64,000 nucleotides of DNA from Callorhinchus milii (GCF_018977255.1 NW_024704745.1:12152001-12216000); one strand, 5' to 3'; counted from the first letter of the stretch, positions 1-12,655 are shown. Translations and numbers: made by a program. Notes: a model not told the origin generated them from the letters alone.

Positions 1-3000
1 GCCTGTGTCTCAGGCTCTCCCCTCTCTAACCCCTTGTTTCCCTGGTGCAATCTTCATCTTCAAATTCTCAATCCCCAAGTGCAGCCTTAGTTTCTCTCCA
101 TCTCTTTCTCTCTTGAACCCTCCCCACATTGCTCTTTCTGTGTTTTCTTCGGTTTCCCAGTTTAGCTTAAATGCAACTCCCCCTTGAGGTTCAAGCGCCA
201 ACTCTGTGTCAAAGCTCATTTTCTGCGAGCTGGATTGAGTGGAGCCAGTGGCTATTAATGTTTTCACTGTTATAGTGTGCCAGTAATTAGAGTCATAGTG
301 TATTAGCACTAATACGCTGCCATCTCCGAACCATCCACCAGCATGGGAACGGAATCCACTAAAAGAAAAGCCTACAGCAAGATCCCTCCCACTAACTCTT
401 TGCACTTTTGAATGTTTTAATCATGGAGGCACTATGACAAACAGAATCTTGCAGTTTTGGTTTCACTGTGATGCACTTTTATTAATGTTACTGGAAGGTC
501 TTATTTGGCTTGGTAGCGTTCCATTTGAGATACCTTCTGGGCTCCAGAAATAATGCATGAGCCCAGCCGACCTGGTGCATTAGGAGCCAGGGAAAAAAAA
601 CACTATGAACTCGGGGGAGAACTTCCAACAGAATGTGTGAACTTTAGAAAATCATTATTTTCTGCTTTGGGGGAAACAATAGATTGCAAAGGAATCAAAG
701 GTAAAAATAATAATGTATGTTGGTAAAGAACTCGAGATCCTATTCTAACGACATGGAGGTATCTTCCACCAAGGATAACAGTATTCACATTTAACTGTTC
801 ACTGTCCCAGACTGAATAATTTAAGTCCCAGACTGAATATGGATCCTCGGGCATTGCTATATTATGCATTATTCCAGCCCAGGACTGTGAAGGGTTGTTG
901 ACAGTTTTTTTTAATGTTTGATGATATGCTGGAGAGAAAAGATTAGAAAATACCATAAACTGCCTCAGCCACTTTTCCAAGTGCAGGTGAAGAGGTACAA
1001 AGGATGAAATTGGCTAATTTTCAGATACAAATCTGTGAAATATCAGTGAAACTTAGTTAAAAAAAAACTGAAAATGAGTAACATATTCATGAGAATATTC
1101 CAAAAACCTTTTGTGTTTTCTCCATTGCATACAAATGCTACTTGCTGTAGTGTAGTATATCTGCTAATTCTGATAAGTCAAAATAGCTCCCCTAAAAAAA
1201 ATATTAAGAGAGTTGTTTTATTTTCCGAATGATTGGGAATATCTTGGGAAAATAGGAGAGAAAAGGAAAACGGACATATTGTAATTATGGAGAGGAGCTC
1301 AAGGTCTGCACATCTGGTGTGACATTCCAGGTGTTTTGGCTTTTACTTACACACCCAGAGGGACAGGGAATTGCAGGTCAAATCCCCTGAAGCCTCCCAA
1401 GCTGGCTCAGGCCTAATTATAGAGTCCTGTCAGGCATTTATTACTGAGGAAAAAGACATATTACCTAAAAGGCAGGAGGAATATAAAATTCATTTGTTAA
1501 GAAAAACACATGTACTATCATATACACTGCGACTTTCTATCATGCCTGCATTTTGTTTAGCTAAAGAGCACACCAAAGTCATTAATTTTAAAAGGATATT
1601 TTTTGTGACTCATTATGTATTAAATTAAAACGAAACATCTTGTAGAATCTCAATTCCATATTTAATTGGAAAGACTATTTTTCTAGTTTTTTTTTTTACA
1701 CACACGATTAGCCAGTTGCATTAAAAAAATCTATTGATCCCCATCTGCCCCACACACTGCAATCTACTTTCACTCCGTGGCTGTTTGTGGGACCGGGCAT
1801 TGCGCAAATCGGCTGTTGCGGTCGCCCACAACAGATGCACAGCTTTATAGTGTGTCCTGTGAAGCGCTTTAACGTGTCTCGACAATGTAATAAGGTAATA
1901 TATCAAATGAAATGATTATTATTAACCCATCTCGGAAAAATAGTGCGCACAATGCTTGCCAAAGTTCCAACCAATTTAACAGAATTGCCTTGTTCTCACA
2001 AGTCATTTGGTTTACTATCCTATTTATTTTACATTATCGCTATTAATAATCCTTGCATTTGATACAGCGCCTGTTATGTCGGAAAACACTTCACAGGATT
2101 TTCTATAAAATGTAGTGACTGTATTTTGTAGTTGAATAGTTTATTAGATCAAATCCAGTGGATAAAACACTATCTGATCTTATAATAATAATACTTGCAA
2201 TTGATATAGTGCCTTATCACGTCAGAACATTCTCTCCCTTGCTGTAGGACAATCTTATTTTGGCCTGTACTGTAATGGTCCTTGGCAGCTGTGTTGATTA
2301 TTGGCATTAATCCCCAAACCCCCTGAAGAGATGCACTTAAATTTAACATGGATGGAGCCTAAGACATAATAATAATAATAATTCTTGTATTTGATATAAC
2401 GCCTTATCACATTGTTGAGACGACTCAAAGTGCTTCACAGAATATACTGTAAAGTAGTTTGACTGTGAATTTTGTGGGTGAAATGATGTGACATGTGTGT
2501 AAAGAGGAAAATGTACTTTTTTCAATGTACGACTCCCGTGTGCTGAGCGATTTAATGTCCGCTTTGCAGAAAATATATTTTACGCATTATTATTCAATTC
2601 TATTCAAAGATAATTTGTTTTGTTTAGGAAAAGTAGGAAATTCTCCTTGATATTTTACACAAATCATTGTATTAAAATGGGACAGTTGGATAAGTAAACT
2701 ACCAGATACTGGAATTGAATTCAACCAGACTGACAGGAATGAAAGTCAGTGAGGCCACAATAATAGCTGGTGAGGAACTTAAGGCTTCTATCTATATGAA
2801 AAACTGTATAGTTTAAGATTCTGAGCACAAGTACTGATACAGGATGGGGTTCCTAAAATCTGCCGTCTTTACAGGCGTTTGTGCCAAACTCGCTGGATAA
2901 ATTATCAGAACTGTAGAAGCCAATGGTGGTAGGAAGCATTAGGTTCAAATTAGTGTAGCACTAGTAAATACTTCACCATACAGAGTGTGTAAAGAAAAAA

Positions 3001-3124
3001 GGTAACTTTTTAAGCCGCAGCAGTTGGTAAATCATGACTGCCAGGCAGCTATCTTGGCTAATTCATAATTGATGGGCAATAGCAGCAGGTAATTAAATAA
3101 TAATCATTGTATTTGATGTGTAAT

Positions 3125-3420
3125 ACAATACAAATTTACATTTTTATATATAGCATCTTTCATGTCGGAAAGACATCCCATGGTACATGACAGTCCTGTC
3201 TTGGCACCCGAGTTGAGGGTAGGATTACAAGGGGTCGGGGTTGCGGAGGGGAATGATGACTGAAGGCCAGTCAAAGAGGAAGGTCTTGAGATGGACCTTG
3301 AAAGAGGTGAGGGAGGGTTGAGTTGGAGAGACTCCAAGATGGCGTCACAGACAGGGGGTCCAGACAGTTGAAAGCCCAACTGCTGATAGTGGGAAGGGTG
3401 AGGCGGGGGACATGAAGCAG
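3125..3420 (-). mobile_element. L2 LINE 3' fragment
   Basis: Reverse tail tatatagcatctttcatgtcggaaagacatccca, then gaggaaggtcttgagatggaccttgaa. Confidence 0.65.
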
Positions 3421-4401
3421 ACTGGTGACTGTTGAACAAAAGGAGCAGCTGGGACGGTACAGTAAGCGTCTTTCACATCAGCCAGACGTCTCAAAGTGCT
3501 TCACAGTATTTACTGATAGTGTATTGACTGTGTAATTTGTCAGTCAACTCGGCAGCCAATTTATGCACAGCAATGTCTCACAAATAGACGGAAATTGAAG
3601 GATCAAATTTAACTGCTGATTGGTGAGCAGTGGGACAACATGAACCAGAAACTAAACTCTGATAATAAACAAGGAAGACAGAGGGGAGACCGGGAGAGAA
3701 AAATAACAGACGACCAGGTAAAGGTAGAGAGAGAGAGACAGGAGGCAGAAGGCAAGCAAAGCAAGGCTTGGATAAGCTGAAGAGAGTGAAAATAAAATAC
3801 ACAAAATACACAGTCAATACATGGACTGACAGTCCGCCATGAGGAAAGCAGATGCATACCTAATCCTCATTAGTTTTTATCACAACTCAGTGTGCAGGTA
3901 CAACCCAGGAAGGTTAATCCCGAAATGCTCTCTCAGCGTTGCAGGCATGAGATAGCTGAATAAAAGGGGTCGTGTTATGAAGGCAGGGGCTGAATTCACG
4001 GTTCACTTCAATTCTGCTTTGCGTTCTCCTACAAAATTTGTCACTGCGGTGTAAAGGTTGTGGAATGTTAACCCTTCTTCCATTAATTTTCCTATGTGGC
4101 TGCACTAGCTCTCAAGGTACAAACCAAGCTCATTGCAGTGCATAGTATGTTATAACCAGCACTGAGTCAATAAAACTCCCAGTGGTCTAATTTTACCTGT
4201 CACTGAGTCGCTATCTAGTATGGTTGGTTTGGTTTCCTACTCAACTGCCGGCACTGACTAATTGAAACGCACAGTATCTTTTAAACATTTTGAAACTTAA
4301 CAGAATTAACTTCAGTTCAGAGTAAATTAAGTTAGAAACCAAAACAGAAGTCGCTGGGAACACTCAGTAGGTCAGGCAGCATCTGTGGAGAAAGGAAAGT
4401 G

Positions 4402-4438
4402 AGTCAACGTTTCGGGTCCACGACCCTTCGTCAGAACT
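4402..4438 (-). ncRNA. Minimal type I hammerhead ribozyme motif (intact core)
   Basis: Minus strand AGUU-CUGACGA-A-GGGUC-GUG-GACCC-GAAAC-GUU-GACU: stem I AGUU/GACU, stem II GGGUC/GACCC, palindromic AACGUU in place of stem-loop III. Confidence 0.75.
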
Positions 4439-5057
4439 AGGCCATGTTGGGAGGTAGAGGCTTTTAAGGACTAACAGAGAGGCAGGGCAAGGAAGACAAA
4501 GGAGAAAATGGGGTAGAGGTCGAGATGATGGGTTAAAGAGGTATTAATGATGCAAAACAAAGTGGGGGAAATTGCTACAAAACAGGCAGCAGAGAGAAAG
4601 GGTGTGCCTGGGACGCAGATGATGTGGTCACAGAAGAGGGGGAGGGAGAAGGTGCGCTTTTATTGTCTGAAATTATTGAAGTCAATATTGAGGCCAGATT
4701 GAGGTCCCTAGCAGATAGATGAGGTGCTGTTCCTCGAGCTTGCGCTGTGGTTCATTGGAACAGTGTAGCAGACCGTGGATGGAGAGGTCAGAGAGGGGAG
4801 GGAGAGAAGTCTCATCTATCTGCTAGGGACCTTACAGTCCTCTGGCCTCTTTCTGCTTGCGTTCTCCACCTTTGTTTTGCATTATTAACACCTCTTTCCC
4901 CCTGTTTTGTTGCATTTCCCCCCCCTTTGTTTTGCATCATTAAGACCTCTTTAACCCATCATCTCCTGAACTCTACCCTATTTTCTCCTTTGTCTTCCTT
5001 GCCCTGCCTCCCCGCTCTTTGTTAGTTCTTAAAAGCCTCTCCCTCTCAACATGCCCC

Positions 5058-5094
5058 AGTTCTGATAATAGGTCGTGGAACCGAAACGTTGACT
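5058..5094 (+). ncRNA. Degenerate hammerhead motif (core CUGAUAA)
   Basis: AGTT-CTGATAA-TAGGTCGTGGAACC-GAAAC-GTT-GACT; G8>A core change and weakened stem II. Confidence 0.55.
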
Positions 5095-5460
5095 CACTTT
5101 CCTTTCTCCATAGATGCTGCCTGACGTGCTGAGTGTTCCCAGCGACTTCTGTTTTTGTTTCAGATTTCCAGCATCTGCAGTATTTTGCGTTATGCTTAAA
5201 CTAAGTTAGAGGCTGAGTAGAACAGGAAATTGCCATGACTTAAAGTCATCTCCGGAAACTGTTAGTCCTTTTAGGCCATTCACAGTGTGAACAGTTAAAC
5301 ATTCTGCTCTTGCAGAGACTGGTGATGTAATGTTTTGAGCTCTGGATATAATATCAATTCAGGGAGCGAGGGAGGAGACAGAGTGGACACAGGTGCCTTG
5401 GTTATACTGAATGCTGCCAGTGTAACAACTCTGCAGCATCAATCTAAATTAGGTGTCAGC

Positions 5461-5830
5461 CTGCCTGGTTCAGTTGTTAGCACTTTTGCCTTCCGTGTTG
5501 TGGCTTTGAAATCATAGTCTAGACTGACCCTCCAATTCAGTGTTGGGGTACGCTGCCTCAGCCAGAGGTGCCATCCTTCAGATGAGACATTAAACCGAGG
5601 TCTCGTCTGCCTGTTTAGGTAGACATCAAAGATAGACAATGCTATTCAAAAAGTAAAGCGAGTTTCTTCTGAAATCCTGGCCAACAATCCCCAAGATAAA
5701 ATTGGTCATGGTTATTGGGGGATATTGCTTTGCGCAAATTGCCTGCCGCGTACTTCCCCACAAAAATACACACAGTCACACAACAACAAATTACATATGT
5801 ATGAGGCGTCCTCCTGACATATAGAGTATT
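5461..5830 (+). mobile_element. Deu-domain SINE (SacSINE1-like)
   Basis: gaggtgccatccttcagatgagacattaaaccgagg...gcgcaaattgcctgccgcg motifs, recalled from the shark DeuSINE consensus. Confidence 0.65.
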
Positions 5831-8800
5831 ATAATTTATAATTAATTTGAATGCGTGTGTAAGTGTGTATCCACCGTTTGTGTGTGTGTGTCTGTGCTTA
5901 TGTACATATATCTGTATGGGGAAAGGGTCAATCAATTCAAACTAGCAAAACTAATTATAAAAAGACTGGAGTTGTAGCAGCAGCATTAGCTGAAGGAATG
6001 GAATAGATGTGGGCTGTGATAGAGCAGAGGATATGGTAATTGGAATTGAGGTGGGGGAGATTCTGCGGGCAGAATTATTTTGGGGTCCTCTTACAGAAGC
6101 AAAATTGGGACCAGTGCAATAGAACCCTTTAATTAGGTTGTGCTCTTGTTTTCTCGAGCACTGCTTTGGAATATAAAAATTGTTTCAGATTATGCTGTTT
6201 TAGTGGTTGCATTTCAGTTTAATCTAATCACTGAAATGTAGGGTAACCATGGGAGAAGTACAGTACCAGACCGACCTAGTTAATTTAAAGGCCACATTGT
6301 TTACTGATATTCAGCAAATGGGACTGCAAAGAATAAGGGGCTCTGCACTGCATTACAAAGTAATAAATCTCTCTCGGCTGTTGGGAGCACACTATGAAAC
6401 CAGAGTTCAATGCTGAAACAGTCCAATTACACAGAATGTGTTGAATTTCGTATTATAATACGAGTCCTCTTGGCACCCTCATTAGCACAACCGTGTGAAG
6501 CTATGGGGAACTGAACAATCGAACACACACGATGTTCACATCTACAACATTAAGAGAAGCAATTACTTCAGCAATTGAATGTTTCCATCAGTTGAAGGGA
6601 TTGATTGAGAATTCAGACATCAAAGCTGTGTAAATTGGAAGAACAGTTCTTAAAGCATGCATTCAGCTTCTTATAGAATAACTGTCTTTTACTGCACAAG
6701 ACAAGTCCTCACTCATTTGGATTGCTTTATTCAGTCAATGTATTGACTATTACATGTTGTGTTTGATGATTGCTCAGCTAGTAAAATGAAGTGTGAAATG
6801 ATACACCTGGCTTTATTTTATTCCTGAAGAGCAAATGCATTAATCTGCTGAACAAATTCTGTCAAAAGGACTATTTCTAATGCGTGTAACTCAACCTAGG
6901 ATGTCTTGCTGAACAAACAGATCAATCTTTAATTCTGTATTCAGGTGGTAAAGTAATTGTTATATTGCTACAATAGCCTAGTTCACAGTAACTTGGAACA
7001 TAGATTTTGAGCACATTCTCACAGCAATATGTATTCACCATTTTAGGCAGGGATAGGAAATTCACCTGACCTCTCCGGAGAGTACTGACTTCTGGTTGAT
7101 TTTAAGTAATTTCTCAAAGTTGGATTCATCTGTTAATGATATAATCATTTTGCTCAAATGCTTGCACCTTTCGGATTCACAAAATTTCACTACTTTTACA
7201 GTACTGTGCTGTAAAATCTTCAAAGTTCTTGATAAAAATACGTAAAAACGAGATTAATTAATTAGTTAATTAATTAAGATTAATGCCGTGAATGCACTTT
7301 GTTCAAAGCCTAGTCAAGATTTGTGCCACTGATGGTGTTAAGATTTGTTAAAGATGTGGAATATAAATAAACCGAGATTTGGAAGAGAGTAAGCAGTAAT
7401 GGGGCTAAAGAAATAAAGCTAAATTCAATTAAAAAGGTGTTGTGGAGGGGAAAGAGCATATAGTCGTACAAAAGTGATTAAAATTCTTAGTACATATTTC
7501 TCGCCATATCTTTTTAAAGCCTTTTTAAATAAAAATCTCCCTTGTGTATCACTGGTGTTTTCTCAATTGAAATGCCTTGTGCGTTTATAGAAATGCAGTG
7601 CTGGTATTTTATTCCTGATCTTTTCTTTGTTCCTTCCTCAATTTTTTCAAACCATTACCAGTAATTGCGATTCAGTTAGTCACCTCGTCCATTCACTGTG
7701 ACAGAACACAAGCCATTTTTTTTTNAAAGAAATGAGGCATAAAATTAATCGTTGCATGTACAGGGCCTGTGGCAAATTGGAGTGGCACCTAGGAAGGTTC
7801 CAGTTCATTCTAAATATCCAAAATGATAAGGCCTATAAATGGCAAGTGTATGTGTTGCAACAGGGCAATTAAAGGCATCGGGGTCTAACATGTAGAATAT
7901 CTTAACTGTTTCTTAATGAAGAAATTTTGAAGTCTGTGACACCACTCAGGCTCCTCCGACTCGATCTATTTTTGAAGCCAGGTTCCCTTGAGTCGGCGTA
8001 ACAAACTCCAGATACTAAAAGGAGTCCTTCATTGTATTTCTTAATTGAGAAACACATCCAGAAATACTAAAAATTCGACCCCATTGCCTTAAATATCGGA
8101 AATGTTTGATCCTCCTTGTATTCTTTGAAATGGTCTGCAAACCCTGCAACGAGTCCTGGGAGCGATGGCATTTAGCAGACGAACACCACTGACATTTATT
8201 AGAGAAGAATCAGTGTAGTATAGTAACATTGTGTCCATTAATGGATGTCTGATCTGCTCAGCCTCATTAATCAATATTTATAGTGGATTCACTGTGCTAC
8301 TGACTCGCAAGTCTTCGAGTACCGCACAAAGCTCCGCAAATCCATTTGTCTGGGAGCTGCCGTCTATTCTCTTTAAATCGCCAGCTCATGCAGTGTGCTG
8401 TAAGCATACAGGCAAAGTCGAGGTTCAGCCACATGCAGGTGGCTTCTTTCTCCAATGGTTTCTCCAAATAAAAGACAAATGGGAAATATTGGTATCTTCG
8501 CCCCCCCCCCCACCCCACCCCAAGAGAAAAGCAGTAATCTTTTGCATTTAACAAAAGCTTGTCCAGCTCAGTGTTTTAAATGTTTTTCACTTGCCAGATC
8601 AACAATACTCAGGAGCTCGACTGACTGCCTTCAAGGCAAACTATTTGCATGAAGTCAAATGGGCCTCCAGCCATCGTTTCTGCTGCACCACTTACAATGT
8701 AGAGCAAGTGGCACAAACAAGATGTAATCCTTCTTCTAAATGCATCCTTTATTCTAAAATTGTCAATTAGATGCAGTGTAGCATTGCCAAACAGCCAGGT

Positions 8801-8984
8801 CACGAAGGAGATTAGTCCTTTTACTTTTGTTTTATTAATGTTATGTCACAATCTGTAGAGTCAGCAACCTGCAGGTTATTTGTAAATTCCACCCCCAGGG
8901 GTGGGATTAGCATTGGATTGTTAAAAGTGTTGTTAATACTTACTTTCATTTGGTGTAGCTTCTTTCACATCAGGGCTTTACAAA

Positions 8985-9260
8985 ATGCTTCACAGGATAT
9001 ATTGCAAAATGGAGTGACTCTGCGTTTTGTGCGCAATCGCGGCAGCAGATTTGCAATGGCCCCCAACAACGATGAAGTGAACAACAAATTTTATTTGGGG
9101 GGTTGTTAACCAGGATACTGGGAAAAACTCCCTTTTCTTTTCAAATAGTGCCATGGAACCTTTAACATCCACCTAAACAGACAGGACCTCGGTTTAACGT
9201 CTCATCTGAAGAACAGCACTGTATTGGAGTGTCAATTTAGACTATATGATTTCAAATTCC
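8985..9260 (-). mobile_element. Deu-domain SINE (SacSINE1-like)
   Basis: caaatagtgccatggaacctttaacatccacc...ggacctcggtttaacgtctcatctgaag, the reverse complement of the same motifs. Confidence 0.65.
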
Positions 9261-10708
9261 AGATGTTGGGAAACGTAGAAGTCAAAATTGTGACATTTGA
9301 TGTGATAATCGCATCATCAATTATCATCAGTCATCATGTACGATTGAATCATTGAATGATAGACACGGGTTTAACCTCCTAACCCTCCCCAGGTCACAAA
9401 GCCTCAGTGGGCAGCATTTGAGCTCTGAGACTCTACCCCACTTGTATATAAATACAAGTTGTTGATGAGTGCTGCTACATGGATACTCGTCTAACTAACC
9501 ATCAGCAGTTAAAAGTCCAACTATTGTGCTAACGTGTGTGTATGGTGGGTTAGGGCTTATACCTTTGTGTCTTTAGTTATTGACACACTCTCTGCCTCAC
9601 CATTTGAGTTTTCAGGCAATCTATCTCTACTCTCTGGGACTCTCTCTGAAATGTCCTGCTAATTGCAACCTCCCTTTCCTCTTTCAAAACTTGTTAGAAA
9701 ACTATTTATTTGAATCAGTCAACTCCCTCTTCCTCTCCCAATCTTAGGTTTCCACTTCCTCTCCATAACCATTTTGAGGCATATACTGAACACGTGATAA
9801 GGCACTGTATCAAATGCAAAGATTACTATTATATAAGTGCGTGTTGATGGTGTGATTGCAATTTTCAATAATGTGAAAATTTCTCATCAGATGCTCACAT
9901 TTTCAACCCGCATTGCTGATGGTTAACAGGAGCAACTTCAGAGCTTGTAACCCTAGCAAACAGTGGAAAGGACAGGATCCACCACTTTTTGGCTCTTAGC
10001 TGATGTTTGTGGTTTGCCCAGTTACGAGGTAAAATAATTTCACACTGGAGAAGTGAGACAGCTGTTAAACCTCTCCAGACAAATTAACTGTGAAGATTAG
10101 TCACCCAGGAACATCACTGACCACACAAGTGAGCATTCAGTTCCTCACAATTAATTCATTCACTGGATAGACAATGCAGAACGTGTAGCTGTCCACGTAG
10201 CAGTGTGAATAAATCTACTTACTTAACGGGCCGCTGGCTTAGAATGTCTTTGTGGCTTGTGCCGCATTTTGGCCACAAAATATACAGTCAATTAGAATTC
10301 TGATCAGCTGGACATTTGACACATGCAGAAACCATTAATGGGCTTAAGAGTTACCAAACCAGACTGAGAGATCTGCTTATGTTTCGCCCGCAAAATATAC
10401 AGTCAATTCCCTTTACAGTATATTCTGTGAAGCGCTTTGACGCGTTGCAAAGATGTGATAAAGTGTCATATCAAATGCAAAGATTATTATTATAACATCA
10501 GTCAAACTGATCCAGCCAGAGTTCCACTGAGTTGTATTTAACTTTGCTCTACAATTTATATACCTTTTCATATTATATTTCTATATTTAACATTTCCCAG
10601 GCAAGGAAAAACCTGAAGCAAGTTTCCTTCCAAACCACGAGTATTTGTGAGACACTGCTGTGCGCAATTTCGCCCATAAAATATACAGGCAATTCACTTT
10701 ACAGTATA

Positions 10709-10946
10709 CAAAAGGCAAAGTACTGCAGATGTGGGAAATCTGGTATAAGCACAGAAGTCGCTGGGAACATGCAGCAGGTCAGGCAGCATCTATGGAGAAA
10801 GGAAAATGAGTTAACGTTTCAGGTCAATGACCTTTTGTCAGAATCTTTCAGCAATGACCTTTCGTATTGCTGAAAGGTTATTGACCTGAAGCAGTGATTC
10901 ATTTTTCTCTCTCCATGGATGTTTCCAGGGACTTCTGTGTTTGTAT
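10709..10946. mobile_element. Palindromic 238-bp non-autonomous derivative of the same Penelope-like family, inserted in a SINE
   Basis: Left arm shares cagaagtcgctgggaac...caggtcaggcagcatct...gttaacgtttcaggtc with the 4337 element; right arm is inverted; perfect 14-bp TSD cactttacagtata at 10695-10708 and 10947-10960. Confidence 0.8.
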
Positions 10947-11379
10947 CACTTTACAGTATATTCTGTGAAGAGCTTTGAGATACCTCTACGATGTGATAAG
11001 GCGATATATCAAATTCAAGGATTATTTTTATTACTAGCCTCACTGTAGCATTATTGTACCAGTGAGCGGCTAGAGGGCTCGAGAACCTGTGTAAGCTGTG
11101 TCACCTAACAGGTGTCTGCAGGGAATTTACTGAAAAATGGCTGCAGCATTTGCTTACAAAAACAGTTACTATATTTGGTAGTAATTACTGTGAAACGCTT
11201 TGGCATTTTAAGGCACTATAAAAATACAAGTTTTTTTCTTTCTTCAGATAGAGTTCGATTTAGCTTAAAGTTGTAGAGATGTCTTTAACCCAAGTAGAAG
11301 ACAGTGTGGATGTCAATAAGGGAACAAGATGAACTTTTTTGTGCATTTAAATGACCAGAGCCTTTTTTTCTCCCTACAG

Positions 11380-11790
11380 ATTGCAAGTTGAAAGTTGACA
11401 AAATGAGGAGGAACCTTGTAGTCACAGAAAAAAGTGATGTCCACTTAAACTGCAGCATCCGAAACCAAACCAGCCCGGACGCACAGTTCGCTGTACTCTG
11501 GTACATGCAAAAATCACCAGACAAAAGCAACAAACTTATCCTGAAATCCAGACGGGATTCCGTGGTGGAGCATGGGAACTGGTTAGGCAGAGGCGAGAAG
11601 TCGAAGGAGAGACTTCAGTTTGACAAGCCCTCAACTGGACTGTACACTTTGGTCTTACAAAATGCCAACGTTGATGACAGCGGCTGGTACTACTGCCAAG
11701 TGGAGGAGTGGCTGCTGAACCCCAACGATGTTTGGTACAAGTTAGGAGAGAAGACATCTGAATCGACTGTTGTAACTGTGCAGCATCCAG
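11380..11790 (+). CDS. IGSF3: IGSF3 coding exon, V-type Ig domain (corresponds to human IGSF3 domain 6)
   Basis: Acceptor tttttttctccctacag|AT, donor CCAG|gtattg; 411 nt, phase 1-1. Translation (D)CKLKVDKMRRNLVVTEKSDVHLNCSIRNQTSPDAQFAVLWY...DDSGWYYCQVEEWLLNP has the Ig Cys/Trp/D-x-G-x-Y-x-C pattern and resembles human IGSF3 QLNCSVKSQTSQNSHFAVLWY (recalled). Confidence 0.93.
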
Positions 11791-11899
11791 GTATTGGGTC
11801 TATTGGGTTTATTCCTTTTGGAAAAACTTTCAAGTGTTGCCCTCTTCCCTAGAATGTACTGTTGGATGGAAGCAATGAATCGGAAAACAAAACATGAGT

Positions 11900-12222
11900 G
11901 CGACAACCAATTTTCACTTAGCAATGTCCCATAAACAGCCATGAAGTTAGTGATCTATTTTACCAGAGGGATTGTTGACCTGGACACCAGGAGAAAGTTC
12001 CCTTCTCTTTCCAAATAGTGCTATTGGAACTTTAACATCCATCTGAAGAGGCAGACAGGACCTCGATTAAATATCTCACCTGAAAGAAGGCACCTCCGAC
12101 AATGCTGCTTCTCCCACAGCACTGCATTGGAGTGTCGGCCTTGATTGTATGAATTCAAAGCCCCGATGTGAGGCTTGAGGCCGCAAACTTCTGACTCAGT
12201 GTTACCAACTGAGCCAGGCTAA
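11900..12222 (-). mobile_element. Deu-domain SINE (SacSINE1-like) with tRNA-derived head
   Basis: ggcacctccgacaatgctgc...cttctgactcagtgttaccaactgagccagg. Confidence 0.7.
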
Positions 12223-12379
12223 CGCATAAAATCAATCTTAACTTTAAAGCCGGTTTTGTGTAGTTGTTAAAAGAACGTACAGAAAACCAGCTTGAAACTT
12301 ATGTGTTTATTTCAGAAATTGCCAAATTCTGGATGCCCCAAAATACTAAGGCAGTAAATCTGGACACAGATAGAATTGC

Positions 12380-12655
12380 TGCCCTGTGAGTCAGCATACT
12401 ATTCAGCCAGGATGGGTAGGTTGCAGTCCATCACAGTCACTCCCGATTCAAGCTACACTTGTCATCCTCAAAGGGGAATCTTCACCAGGGATTGCTAGAT
12501 CGATCTCAGGAGAAATAGTTTGGCTGATTTCCCACTTCCTAACCAACAGTGGGTGAGGTTTATTGTAGTGTCCCAACTGATGCCCTGCTGAAAAGCAACT
12601 AACTCTGCACAACCCACAGATCAAACCTTGGGATCTCCACTCAGTCATCGGGGGG
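12380..12655 (-). mobile_element. LF-SINE-like, diverged
   Basis: ggctgatttcccacttcc and tgtagtgtcccaactgatgccc...aactaactctgcac match the reverse complement of the recalled LF-SINE core. Confidence 0.5.

Larger units (their letters stand above)
4337..5196. mobile_element. Truncated Penelope-like element with inverted arms, GIY-YIG C-terminal remnant and hammerhead motifs
   Basis: Arms ~4337-4585 and ~4910-5170 are reverse complements. Minus strand 4774-4660 translates GLLHCSNEPQRKLEEQHLIYLLGT/GLNIDFNNFRQ* with one frameshift. Flanking direct repeat taaa(t/c)taagttaga at 4323-4336 and 5197-5210. Confidence 0.85.

Noticed and set aside
10-405. 131-aa minus-strand ORF with a superficially Ig-like segment (KLRLHLGIENLK)
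   Set aside because: No Ig cysteines or D-x-G-x-Y-x-C motif, no splice framework, wrong strand for IGSF3.
6448-6463. 16-bp perfect palindrome TCGTATTATAATACGA resembling loxP arms
   Set aside because: No 8-bp spacer or full 13-bp arms; an isolated AT-rich palindrome with no supporting context.
7900-8800. Overlapping short ORFs in a relatively CpG-containing unique stretch
   Set aside because: No recognisable protein motif or splice pattern; it may be a conserved non-coding element or old transposon but cannot be supported without alignment.
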